DNA of 57,109 nucleotides, from the IMG/VR virus record IMGVR_UViG_3300029113_000006, positions 1 to 57,109 of that record. One strand, written 5' to 3'. Made by a program: the position numbers and the translations under genes. Source of the stretch: a virus. The notes under the pieces are model-generated. The model did not search any database and was not told the origin of the DNA. It was given only the letters and a program-made list of their open reading frames with translations. Positions 35,102-42,859 of this stretch are shown piece by piece. Numbering within the stretch: the first letter of the stretch is position 1; every line of letters starts with the position of its first letter.

Positions 35102-35766
35102 CGCAGAAAGTCTCCCTCGTCAGGCAATTCAGCCATAGTTTGCTGATAGCCACCGTTCCAGTCCTTCACGTTGCGCATCCAGTTCCGTGCAGCAGCTTTC
35201 CAGTCTTTCATAGGCGACTTGCCGACTTTCCAGCCATTTGCCGTGAAGTGGTCAACAAACCGCTCTGCTTCCAGTCCGCCGTATCCCTTTTCGGAAAAGT
35301 AGGATTTGGCTTGCTCGATAGTCGGTGCCTTGAAGCGTTTGACTTCGTTGGTATTTTTCTTTTCACATTTTTCTTTTTTATCAGATTCAGATACAGAATC
35401 AGATACAGATAAGGCATCGTTCGCATCCATTTGCATATTTTTCATACCAGTGCATGCGTTTGCATCATTGGTATGCGTTTGTATGCATTTGCATTTTTCG
35501 TCGTTCCAACGCTTATTTGCACTCCGTCTGTTTTTCTTGATTCGCTCCTGTCTTTTCTGTGCATTCATATCATCGAACGCCTTAACAACTTTCCAGAGCA
35601 TCCGCATAGCACGGTCGTTGTCGTATGCTGGCTCAAGTCCAGTCTCAACGTAGTGTGCGTAGTTGCGGACGAATGCTCCAAATTCCTCGTCTGTCAGCTC
35701 GTTCATCGCATGGACGTGTTCCAGCAGAAGAATCATTGATGTTCTCGGCTTGCGTTCCTGCTCCAT
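35098..35766 (-). CDS. Replisome organizer / DnaD-like replication protein
   Basis: Start ATG 35766 (AAGAGGA); N-terminal organizer-like region and a C-terminal ...FVDHFTANGWKVGKSPMKDWKAAARNW motif; directly upstream of dnaB. Confidence 0.6.
   Translation of the reverse strand: MEQERKPRTSMILLLEHVHAMNELTDEEFGAFVRNYAHYVETGLEPAYDNDRAMRMLWKVVKAFDDMNAQKRQERIKKNRRSANKRWNDEKCKCIQTHTNDANACTGMKNMQMDANDALSVSDSVSESDKKEKCEKKNTNEVKRFKAPTIEQAKSYFSEKGYGGLEAERFVDHFTANGWKVGKSPMKDWKAAARNWMRNVKDWNGGYQQTMAELPDEGDFLR
35423..35494. repeat. Cluster of ATGC-N4-GCAT boxes inside the organizer gene (candidate lytic origin)
   Basis: GCATCCATTTGCAT, ATGCGTTTGCAT, ATGCGTTTGTAT, ATGCATTTGCAT. Confidence 0.6.
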
Positions 35767-35768
35767 AT

Positions 35769-35951
35769 TCAATCCTCTTTGTAGCGTTTGTTCCATGCTT
35801 CGACAGCTTTTTCCTTGCCAAATGTTGCAGAAGTACTCACCCCGCATTTTCCGCAGACTACCCAACTAGCCATGTCAACGTTAAGTGGATGAATCACTTT
35901 TACAGTCGGCGGTTCCGCACCGCAGAACGGGCATCTCTTGAGTTCTGTCAC
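35769..35951 (-). CDS. Lar-like restriction-alleviation zinc-ribbon protein
   Basis: CPFCG...CGKCG...AVEAWNKR pattern; GTG start. Confidence 0.5.
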   Translation of the reverse strand: MTELKRCPFCGAEPPTVKVIHPLNVDMASWVVCGKCGVSTSATFGKEKAVEAWNKRYKED

Positions 35952-36124
35952 TTTCTAAATCCCTCTCTCGTTCTCGTGATTCGCTTATGCGCCTTGATAG
36001 GCCTTGTGCCTTTGCCGTATACTGGGCGGATATGTTTTGCCTTGATGTACCCGCAAGGCGGCTTCGGCCCGAAGTCGAAAAGGCTCAAGTCCATAATGAT
36101 GATGCCAAACTTTTTGTTCGTCAT
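35948..36124 (-). CDS. 58-aa basic protein (below ORF-track cutoff)
   Basis: AAGGAGG RBS; MTNKKFGIIIMDLSLFDFGPKPPCGYIKAKH... Confidence 0.5.
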   Translation of the reverse strand: MTNKKFGIIIMDLSLFDFGPKPPCGYIKAKHIRPVYGKGTRPIKAHKRITRTREGFRK

Positions 36125-36126
36125 AC

Positions 36127-36378
36127 TTAGGCCTCCTTTGGTGGCTCTGGCATATACGCCCAGTGCGTCACTTGTGCGTACTTTTCGCCAAATTCGCTTT
36201 TCTCGAAATTGTAGTATCCTTCGTAGGTGTCAGTCCAGCATCGACCATTCCAAACCGCCTCAAACACTTCTGGCTTGTCTCCAATAAGGGTTTGCATAGA
36301 GACAAGCACCGCATCGCAATCGCTAGGTGGAAGTCCTTCTTTTTTAATGGAGTGCCAAACAACTTTGCTTTCGCTCAT
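36127..36378 (-). CDS. DUF551-like protein
   Basis: ...VTHWAYMPEPP C-terminal signature. Confidence 0.55.
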   Translation of the reverse strand: MSESKVVWHSIKKEGLPPSDCDAVLVSMQTLIGDKPEVFEAVWNGRCWTDTYEGYYNFEKSEFGEKYAQVTHWAYMPEPPKEA

Positions 36379-36387
36379 AGTGTTCTC

Positions 36388-36621
36388 CTATACCATCGGG
36401 AACGCCATCCAATCCGTCACTGTCACACCTTCCGGCAGTCTCTCGCCTATCTCGTCCCAGAACTGACCGTCTGCGTAACAGCCGAGAAAGTACGCTGTTG
36501 GCGAGATTCCTCGCAACATTTTTCCATCTTTATCACGCCACGTTGTCTTAGTCGCAAGCAACAAAGGCTGCGTCCGCTCTCGTGGCGGCTCGCTTGCTGG
36601 ATGCCAAAGTGTGTTAGCCAT
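36388..36621 (-). CDS. DUF551-like protein
   Basis: WHPASEPP...VTDWMAFP. Confidence 0.45.
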   Translation of the reverse strand: MANTLWHPASEPPRERTQPLLLATKTTWRDKDGKMLRGISPTAYFLGCYADGQFWDEIGERLPEGVTVTDWMAFPMV

Positions 36622-36636
36622 TATCCGATACCCCGC

Positions 36637-37020
36637 TTACGGATTGTAGGTGAGAACGAAGTTTTGTAACTGCTGCGGCAAGATGTTGATTTCGTAATGA
36701 TACTTGTCCACGTCAGAACCGCTCAAATCCTCCACAATGTACATTGTGTACTCGTTAAGATAGACGTAATGCTTTTTGTATGTGCCATCGGGCAATTCAA
36801 TAGTCACCACAAGTTCATTGTTGCTGTTATTGGAAATGTCCATGTTCCCGATTATTTCAAGCATCGGCGTATCAGTTCTTGCATTAACAACAGACAATCT
36901 GCGAGTGACGTTGAAATTCTTTGCCTGCTGCGAAATATTGTGATTCACACGAGATGCTTCTGTGCATCCGCACAATGCGATAGATGCCGCCAATGCTACA
37001 GATAAAATTGCTTTCTTCAT
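36637..37020 (-). CDS. Lipoprotein
   Basis: MKKAILSVALAASIALCGC lipobox. Confidence 0.7.
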   Translation of the reverse strand: MKKAILSVALAASIALCGCTEASRVNHNISQQAKNFNVTRRLSVVNARTDTPMLEIIGNMDISNNSNNELVVTIELPDGTYKKHYVYLNEYTMYIVEDLSGSDVDKYHYEINILPQQLQNFVLTYNP

Positions 37021-37496
37021 TGTTCTTTTCTCCCTTCAATCTCCTTACAAACCGCCTTGTAGAACGCATCCCACGTCTCATAGTCGCAGGAATCGCCAAA
37101 GTCAAAACCAGTCCGCTTTCGCTCTGCAATGTCACGCTCAAAGCAATCAAGCGTCTTGTCCGTCAGCTCCGGCAGAAGCGAGATGATATATCTGCATACA
37201 AGGCTAGGCATATATGACCGTCTGCCCAAGCAGTAGCGGACGGCGCAGTTGCAGACAGCTCCGAAGTCATCACTGGCGGGGTCTACCATACCTTTGGGAG
37301 CATCTGACCTCAAATCGTCCACACTGCATTCAAGAGCTTCTGCAAACTTTGCCAGCCGCGTTTCCTTCTTTACGCCACGCTTTTGCTTTTCAACGGCACT
37401 GACATACGCATTGGTTGTTCCAATCATCCTCGCAACGTCTTTTTGCTTGATGCCAAGTTCAAGCCTACGCTTCCTGATTTTTTCTCCTGCTGTCAT
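37017..37496 (-). CDS. XRE-family HTH protein with extra C-terminal domain
   Basis: IRKRRLELGIKQKDVARMIGTTNAYVSAVE... Confidence 0.7.
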   Translation of the reverse strand: MTAGEKIRKRRLELGIKQKDVARMIGTTNAYVSAVEKQKRGVKKETRLAKFAEALECSVDDLRSDAPKGMVDPASDDFGAVCNCAVRYCLGRRSYMPSLVCRYIISLLPELTDKTLDCFERDIAERKRTGFDFGDSCDYETWDAFYKAVCKEIEGRKEQ

Positions 37497-37498
37497 TT

Positions 37499-37723
37499 TT
37501 ATACCCCTGCCTTGTACATTGCATACAAGAACCCAAAACCAATCAAAAAAATGATGATATGGAGAACCGCATCTGCGAGAATCTTTTGCTTTTCACCGGA
37601 AATTTCTCGCAAAAAGCCATTCCATATAATAATGTTCTCAACAAGAAACACCATTCCGCATACAATCGTTCCGACCATGAAAGATGCTAAAACCACTATC
37701 ATCCCGTCTATGATATTGCCCAT
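37499..37723 (-). CDS. Small membrane protein (two TM helices)
   Basis: Start chosen at ATG 37723; hydrophobic segments. Confidence 0.4.
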   Translation of the reverse strand: MGNIIDGMIVVLASFMVGTIVCGMVFLVENIIIWNGFLREISGEKQKILADAVLHIIIFLIGFGFLYAMYKAGV

Positions 37724-37955
37724 TTTCCCTTTTCTCCCATTCTTTGCATCCACGTTCATCCCACACGAAGTCTGCAACGTGTTCTGACTGGTCGTTCACG
37801 CACACGCCCTCCGGTTCTGCGTACCATTTGCAAGAGCCACAGGACGGCTCAGATTTGTTCTTGCAGGATTCTGCTGTGCATCGGATAGCCTTACCAGCAA
37901 AGAACCGCTTGATGCCCATGCAAGAGCAATGTTCGGTGGTACAGTAGAAGTTCAT
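37638..37955 (-). CDS. Cys-rich protein
   Basis: MNFYCTTEHCSCMG...CGSCKW...; the 3' end overlaps the next ORF. Confidence 0.4.
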   Translation of the reverse strand: MNFYCTTEHCSCMGIKRFFAGKAIRCTAESCKNKSEPSCGSCKWYAEPEGVCVNDQSEHVADFVWDERGCKEWEKRENGQYHRRDDSGFSIFHGRNDCMRNGVSC

Positions 37956-38185
37956 TTCTCTATCTCCTTCCATCCGATAAACTCACATAAACCAACAGTG
38001 TTGTTGGCGCAACGATGAATGAGGACTTTATCGCTTATTTTGAATTTTTCGATAAACCCAATTTTACTTTCTTCCATTTCGTTTTCAAACATCCAATCAA
38101 CAATGTCTTTGTCGATTCTGACATCGCCTTCGTCCGTCATAGTCGCAAAGCACTGTTTGCATCTGTAAAGAGCACACTTTTTCAT
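37952..38185 (-). CDS. Hypothetical 77-aa protein
   Basis: ORF track. Confidence 0.45.
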   Translation of the reverse strand: MKKCALYRCKQCFATMTDEGDVRIDKDIVDWMFENEMEESKIGFIEKFKISDKVLIHRCANNTVGLCEFIGWKEIEK

Positions 38186-38394
38186 TATATCTGCCCTCTA
38201 TTTCTCCTTCTGTTGGCATTGAACCGCCCGATCACTCGTTTATATTCTTCATAGCACTCCGGGCATAGGTCTCCTGTGTCCCTGCGCCATGCCCAGTCCT
38301 TGAAGTATTCGTCAGGGTTCATCATCCTACAGCCCAGAACCGCTCCGCAGCGGTCGCATACTCGCTTGTGGTAGATTCCTCTGTCAGTCTGCAT
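38185..38394 (-). CDS. Zinc-ribbon protein
   Basis: CDRCG...CPEC. Confidence 0.45.
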   Translation of the reverse strand: MQTDRGIYHKRVCDRCGAVLGCRMMNPDEYFKDWAWRRDTGDLCPECYEEYKRVIGRFNANRRRNRGQI

Positions 38395-39179
38395 TATTCA
38401 TCCTCCCCTACGTCCTTAAACAGGACTTCTTTGTCTGCTTTCCAGTCTTTGATTTTGCACGGAATGTCCGTGCCGGGTACGGTCTTTTTCAGCCCGTCCA
38501 TCTGCCAGATGTTCCATGAGATGATAGCGGCCATGTTGCGAACCTTCCCAGCGTCAGGCTCTATGCCGAACAGCCACTTAAAGTTCTCTCGCCATGTCAG
38601 GAGCATATTTGCTCTTGCAAGCAACAGACTGTCACCCTGCCACTCATAGCCGTATGTAGTCGTCGCTGCGTCCTCTGCCACATCGTGCCATGTCCAGACA
38701 TTCCAATCAAACCAGTTGTTTACACATTTCAGTTTGCGGTCAAACAGTCCTTTCCGCCTTGGTACTGGAATTTTTTTGCCTGTTACCGTGTCGTATCGGT
38801 TCACAAGGAATGGTGCTTCTCCGCAGGTGATTTCAAGGACTGTCGAATGGATGTACTTGATAGGCTCTTTCTTCATATCGGGCATCGCACCGTTTTCTTC
38901 GCCCATGTCTATCATCTTTTCGCAGACATAAGAAGAAGTGAAAACCTCTGCTTTTGCTTTGGTTCTCTTCTTCTGCTCATCCAGACGCTTGAGAACTCGT
39001 GGCACTGGCGGGCATTTCTTGATTTGTTCTAACGTGATTTCATCCGCAAAGCCCGCACCCAGTTCAGGCGGTGGCTCTGTCGCCCAGATGATGTTTTTGC
39101 CGGTCGTACGGTCTTTCAGCAAGATAAACAGCGCCGCTGACAGAATCGGGTCGGAGAAATCAACCAACCGTTGTTTCAT
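38394..39179 (-). CDS. N6-methyltransferase-like protein without a recognisable catalytic (D/N)PP(Y/F) motif
   Basis: AEVFTSSYVCEKMID and VLEITCGEAPFLV resemble the TP..V / EP.CG.G.FL AdoMet-site motifs; no NPPY or DPPY seen. Confidence 0.4.
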   Translation of the reverse strand: MKQRLVDFSDPILSAALFILLKDRTTGKNIIWATEPPPELGAGFADEITLEQIKKCPPVPRVLKRLDEQKKRTKAKAEVFTSSYVCEKMIDMGEENGAMPDMKKEPIKYIHSTVLEITCGEAPFLVNRYDTVTGKKIPVPRRKGLFDRKLKCVNNWFDWNVWTWHDVAEDAATTTYGYEWQGDSLLLARANMLLTWRENFKWLFGIEPDAGKVRNMAAIISWNIWQMDGLKKTVPGTDIPCKIKDWKADKEVLFKDVGEDE

Positions 39180-39927
39180 TTTCCGCTACCTCTCTGTACT
39201 CCACGTCAATCCCCTTCGGCAAAGCCGTCTGGTACTTCTGGGCCAACTGCTCTGCGCTTTGGGCATCGCCCAACGGCTGCTCAGGCGGCGCAACGGTGAC
39301 TTCCACGTTGTCACGCATACCAAAGTAGTTCTTGGCTCGGAAAATCCATTCTGCCGGGTTCTCCTGACCGTACATACCGTTGTACGCCCACATGGACTGC
39401 ATTTGCAGAATTAGCTTCAAGATGTACTTCTGCTGCAAGCTGTCGTCACGGCGTTTGCCTGTCATAATCTGTCTCAGGCTAGGCCATTCGATGCCCAACA
39501 CCAGTGCAATCCATTCCACCACAGGGGAGATTCTGGCTTCGATGCAAGCGTCAAAAAAGAAGTCAAGACGTTGCTGCACTTCAATCGGGTTGTTCATGTC
39601 CACGCTCGGAAGGTCGCCAAAATATTTGGCCGCAATCATGCCGACAACTTTCTTGTCCTCTTCATCACCAATTCTTGACTGCAAATCTCCTGTGTTCATC
39701 ATCTTCAGCTTCTCGATAGCCAACTCCTGTTGTTCTTTCACTTTTTTACTCACCTGTGAGCGGATAGATTTCCGCTTGTTAAGCATCTGTTGCTTCTTCT
39801 TCTCTCGCTCTTTCTCACGCTTCGCAGCGGCTTGCTCTTTTGCCTTTTGCGCCCGCTTCTCACGCTTTTTCTTTTCAGCTTCGGTCAGCGGCGGTCTGCC
39901 ACGACCACGCTTCGGGGGTGTTGCCAA
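39160..39927 (-). CDS. Terminase small subunit-like protein
   Basis: KRGRGRPP N-terminus, ...FFFDACIEARISPVVEWIALVLGI... and ...WIFRAKNYFGMRDNVEV motifs typical of Firmicutes-phage terS; TTG start after GAGGTG. Confidence 0.5.
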   Translation of the reverse strand: MATPPKRGRGRPPLTEAEKKKREKRAQKAKEQAAAKREKEREKKKQQMLNKRKSIRSQVSKKVKEQQELAIEKLKMMNTGDLQSRIGDEEDKKVVGMIAAKYFGDLPSVDMNNPIEVQQRLDFFFDACIEARISPVVEWIALVLGIEWPSLRQIMTGKRRDDSLQQKYILKLILQMQSMWAYNGMYGQENPAEWIFRAKNYFGMRDNVEVTVAPPEQPLGDAQSAEQLAQKYQTALPKGIDVEYREVAENETTVG

Positions 39928-39933
39928 GAGTTA

Positions 39934-40098
39934 TCACCTCTTCATTTTCGTTTCGATTTTATCCAGCTCGGTTGCAATCCACCAGATAGAACAGCAGTTG
40001 TCCAACTGCCGCCACCAAGCGCACTTTTCTTTCTCGCATACGCACCGACCAAGCGGATTGCTGGTCATCTTCATCGGACAGTAAAGTTCATTATCCAT
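39934..40098 (-). CDS. 54-aa Cys/Trp-rich protein (below ORF-track cutoff)
   Basis: MDNELYCPMKMTSNPLGRCVCEKEKCAWWRQLDNCCSIWW... Confidence 0.45.
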   Translation of the reverse strand: MDNELYCPMKMTSNPLGRCVCEKEKCAWWRQLDNCCSIWWIATELDKIETKMKR

Positions 40099-40101
40099 TG
40101 G

Positions 40102-40293
40102 TTATTCCCCGTTCATTTCATAACATTTGCTTTCGTTATCGTTGAGTCCCAAACACCAAGCTAACTCGGAAGCAATTTTCTGATAAATGCCTTTGGCGTT
40201 AAGCTCAGTTTCGGATTTCGCACAGCCGCTATAAAGACCATACAGAAAAGCTAGTCTTTCACGCCCTACCATGTTAATTTCCTGAATCATCAT
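40102..40293 (-). CDS. Hypothetical protein
   Basis: Start moved to ATG 40293. Confidence 0.4.
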   Translation of the reverse strand: MMIQEINMVGRERLAFLYGLYSGCAKSETELNAKGIYQKIASELAWCLGLNDNESKCYEMNGE

Positions 40294-40472
40294 TTCCACC
40301 CCATCACAACAGCCGTACAAACAACCAGACACACGTTGATGAACGCCCATACGAGCATTGCTTGCTGTTTTTCAAACAGGTTGTCTACCATGTCCTTGAT
40401 TGTCCGTTCAGACTGAACCACTACCGCCAGCAGGACTAAGCAGACCAGCCAGCGGGTTACAAATTCAAACAT
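40290..40472 (-). CDS. Two-TM membrane protein
   Basis: ORF track; hydrophobic N- and C-termini. Confidence 0.45.
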   Translation of the reverse strand: MFEFVTRWLVCLVLLAVVVQSERTIKDMVDNLFEKQQAMLVWAFINVCLVVCTAVVMGWK

Positions 40473-40584
40473 TGTTATCCTCCATCAAATCGTCCATGCT
40501 CAACTGACCGCTGATGTTGTCGTCTTCCATCCACCAGTGAAAAACGTCCATTCCAGTTTACCGCACAGAGGGCAGTTCCCGAAT

Positions 40585-40905
40585 TTATTCATCCGACCGC
40601 TCCTTTGCTTCAAGGCGAGATAGCCAGCGGTCGAGCTTTTTTGTGATGGCAATTTGGTATTCTTCGTCAAGCTCCACGAGTTGGAACACGCCTTTATCAT
40701 CCCAAAGCTGGTCAAAGGCAACGTTAACGTCTGCCCATTCTTCGTGCAAATTCGCTTCGCATTCCGCAATGCTCTTCGGTGTCGGGTTCGTGCCATCCAG
40801 CGCCCGGCGCGGTTTCAACGCTGCCTGTGCCAGTTCGGATGCTTCTTCTGCCAACTGCGCCAAGATTTCGGTCTTGGGCAAAATGTCTGAAATTTTCTTA
40901 CTCAC
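40585..40905 (-). CDS. MazG-like nucleotide pyrophosphohydrolase domain protein
   Basis: GTG start after GGAG; ILAQLAEEASELAQAALK...EEWADV. Confidence 0.45.
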   Translation of the reverse strand: MSKKISDILPKTEILAQLAEEASELAQAALKPRRALDGTNPTPKSIAECEANLHEEWADVNVAFDQLWDDKGVFQLVELDEEYQIAITKKLDRWLSRLEAKERSDE

Positions 40906-40918
40906 TCCTGTTCTCCTT

Positions 40919-41287
40919 TCAGTCGATGTACCGCCATGCAACGATTTTGGAATCGCTTGCAACCCATTCTCCACTACTTTGAAACCAACGCTTGTCTGCG
41001 TACTTGCGATATGCAAGGTCAAGGTCGCCGTTTTCAAACTTTATTTCGACAGCTTCACCGCATTGCGGTTGAACATTCATGCTGTTCCACTCGTTTTTGT
41101 TTCCAGTGTCGGGCTTCTGTTCATTAGGTGTTAGCCAGTCGTTCAGCTTTGCCATGCAAGAGGGACAAAGAAGAATGTCCCACCCTTCTTCCCCGTTAAT
41201 TATTGGCCGAACTTCAATTTTCCTATTCATTTTGTTCCATTCTTCAAGCGTAAACGTTTCGCCACACCTATTGCATACCATTGCCAT
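40919..41287 (-). CDS. Zinc-ribbon protein
   Basis: CNRCG...CPSC. Confidence 0.45.
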   Translation of the reverse strand: MAMVCNRCGETFTLEEWNKMNRKIEVRPIINGEEGWDILLCPSCMAKLNDWLTPNEQKPDTGNKNEWNSMNVQPQCGEAVEIKFENGDLDLAYRKYADKRWFQSSGEWVASDSKIVAWRYID

Positions 41288-41804
41288 GCTCTTTCTCCAA
41301 TCTCTTCAGCAGCCCATCCACGTCATACCGCCAATGGACACGCAGCCTTTTTGCTTCGACCTCTATCCCCTCTTGCTCTGCCCACTGCCAAGGGATGCTC
41401 TTGCGGCTCTCGTTGTAGCGGAACGCCAGAACCTTGCTAGCAGGGATTGCAAAGGTGCGGTTGACCGCCCTGTAATTGACTATCACATGGGCGGTCTGAC
41501 CGCTGTACCCCATTGCTTCCACCATGTCAGTGATGTGCTTTTCCTTGCGGTATTTGCACTTTGCCTTGTCGTACTTGCCGAACACCTTTTCCAGAGGGAT
41601 AGAGGGCGTTTCGATTGTTTTCAGCTCAAACAGGTGGTTCATCGGGTATCGGTACACAAGGAAGTCGCAGATGTTGTCGATGGAAAAGGATAGGTTTTCG
41701 TTGCCGCCGTAGTAGGTTGCAGCACTGTCTTTCAGACGGTAGCACCACGCATCGGATGGAACGGACGCTTTGAAATCTGCTTCAAATTGCTTGCCGGTGT
41801 TCAT
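41268..41804 (-). CDS. RecU-like Holliday junction resolvase (PD-(D/E)xK)
   Basis: GKQFEADF...DFLVYRYPMNHLFELKT. Confidence 0.55.
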   Translation of the reverse strand: MNTGKQFEADFKASVPSDAWCYRLKDSAATYYGGNENLSFSIDNICDFLVYRYPMNHLFELKTIETPSIPLEKVFGKYDKAKCKYRKEKHITDMVEAMGYSGQTAHVIVNYRAVNRTFAIPASKVLAFRYNESRKSIPWQWAEQEGIEVEAKRLRVHWRYDVDGLLKRLEKEHGNGMQ

Positions 41805-41992
41805 GCGTTATCCTCGATTTTTTTGGCTTCTCTAATACGCAGCCGAGAAAGTTCGCTATTTGCATATCGCAGTTGCCAACTACCAAACCAGCCTTTGTGA
41901 ACAAGTTTTCCGGCGCAGTAAACAAACTCCTGCTTCATCAAATCATCAAGCGAAACGATGTAACAGCCCGGCTTGTACTTTCTTTTATTCAT
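41801..41992 (-). CDS. Hypothetical 63-aa protein
   Basis: ORF track. Confidence 0.4.
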   Translation of the reverse strand: MNKRKYKPGCYIVSLDDLMKQEFVYCAGKLVHKGWFGSWQLRYANSELSRLRIREAKKIEDNA

Positions 41993-42010
41993 CTTCGTTC
42001 ACTTCTAAAT

Positions 42011-42286
42011 TCATGGAATATGAGTTGCTTTGTCAGCAGGCTTTTCCATTTCCTTCATAATCCGTTTGTGTTCTTCAGTAGTCATGTTGTTTGGAAAGAA
42101 ACACCTGTCAACAATTTCAAACGGCTCAACATAATGGTCAAGGACATCTCTCGCTTCTTCTCGTGCCTTTTTAGCACACAGTTCGATGTAATCATCTTCC
42201 GTCATGTTGTAGTCGGTAATGCAATCAACAACCGAAGAAAACCGACACAGCAAGCCATTAGGCTGCCTTGCAATAAACGCTCCCAT
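42011..42286 (-). CDS. Hypothetical 91-aa protein
   Basis: ORF track. Confidence 0.45.
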   Translation of the reverse strand: MGAFIARQPNGLLCRFSSVVDCITDYNMTEDDYIELCAKKAREEARDVLDHYVEPFEIVDRCFFPNNMTTEEHKRIMKEMEKPADKATHIP

Positions 42287-42293
42287 TTATTCT

Positions 42294-42644
42294 TTACTCC
42301 TCATCATCGTTCGTAATTTTTGGAATCGGCATCCAGAGCCTAACCTTTCCACGGTTATTTTCTTCTGTCCACTTTCCATCCTTAAACTCCCTCGTTGAAA
42401 CACAATCGTTCCAACGCCAAAATTTGTATACGGCAAAGTAGATTCCGTCTTTTTGCGGTTGTGAATCTTTTACGCTAATCCATCTTTGAGATAGATTCAC
42501 TGTTGGTAGTTCTTTCAGATGTTCAAGCTCGCTTTTCCACGCATCAGCAGACGGAAACCGAATGCCAACTTCATCTCGCTTTGCCAGATTGATAAGCCTA
42601 GTTAGGTACTTTTCCAGCGGTTCGATGTCAACAAGCCTGCTCAT
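42294..42644 (-). CDS. DUF551-like protein
   Basis: WISVKDSQP...VRLWMPIPK. Confidence 0.5.
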   Translation of the reverse strand: MSRLVDIEPLEKYLTRLINLAKRDEVGIRFPSADAWKSELEHLKELPTVNLSQRWISVKDSQPQKDGIYFAVYKFWRWNDCVSTREFKDGKWTEENNRGKVRLWMPIPKITNDDEE

Positions 42645-42859
42645 TCTCTCTCACCTCTAAATTCGCTTCCGAGATACCGCTTCTTACCACGCTCCCGGTG
42701 CTTGTCCTCATAGTCACGGTGGTACACGCTCTGGCTGTGGTTCAGCTCATACACGAATGCTTTGCGCTCCTCGAGGTCTTTCTTCTCTGCCTTGTACTTC
42801 TCGCAAGTGTCGTGGCAAGCTGTGCAGCGTAATTTGCAGTTGAGACAACAGGTAATCAT
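42641..42859 (-). CDS. Cys-rich 72-aa protein
   Basis: Start at internal ATG 42859, overlapping the methyltransferase stop; MITCCLNCKLRCTACHDTCEKY... Confidence 0.45.
   Translation of the reverse strand: MITCCLNCKLRCTACHDTCEKYKAEKKDLEERKAFVYELNHSQSVYHRDYEDKHRERGKKRYLGSEFRGERE

Noticed and set aside
34235-38145. Extra ATAGTCG copies in early genes (34235, 35318, 37080, 38139) as a dispersed extension of the array
   Set aside because: About 3.5 copies per strand are expected by chance in 57 kb, so four is unremarkable.
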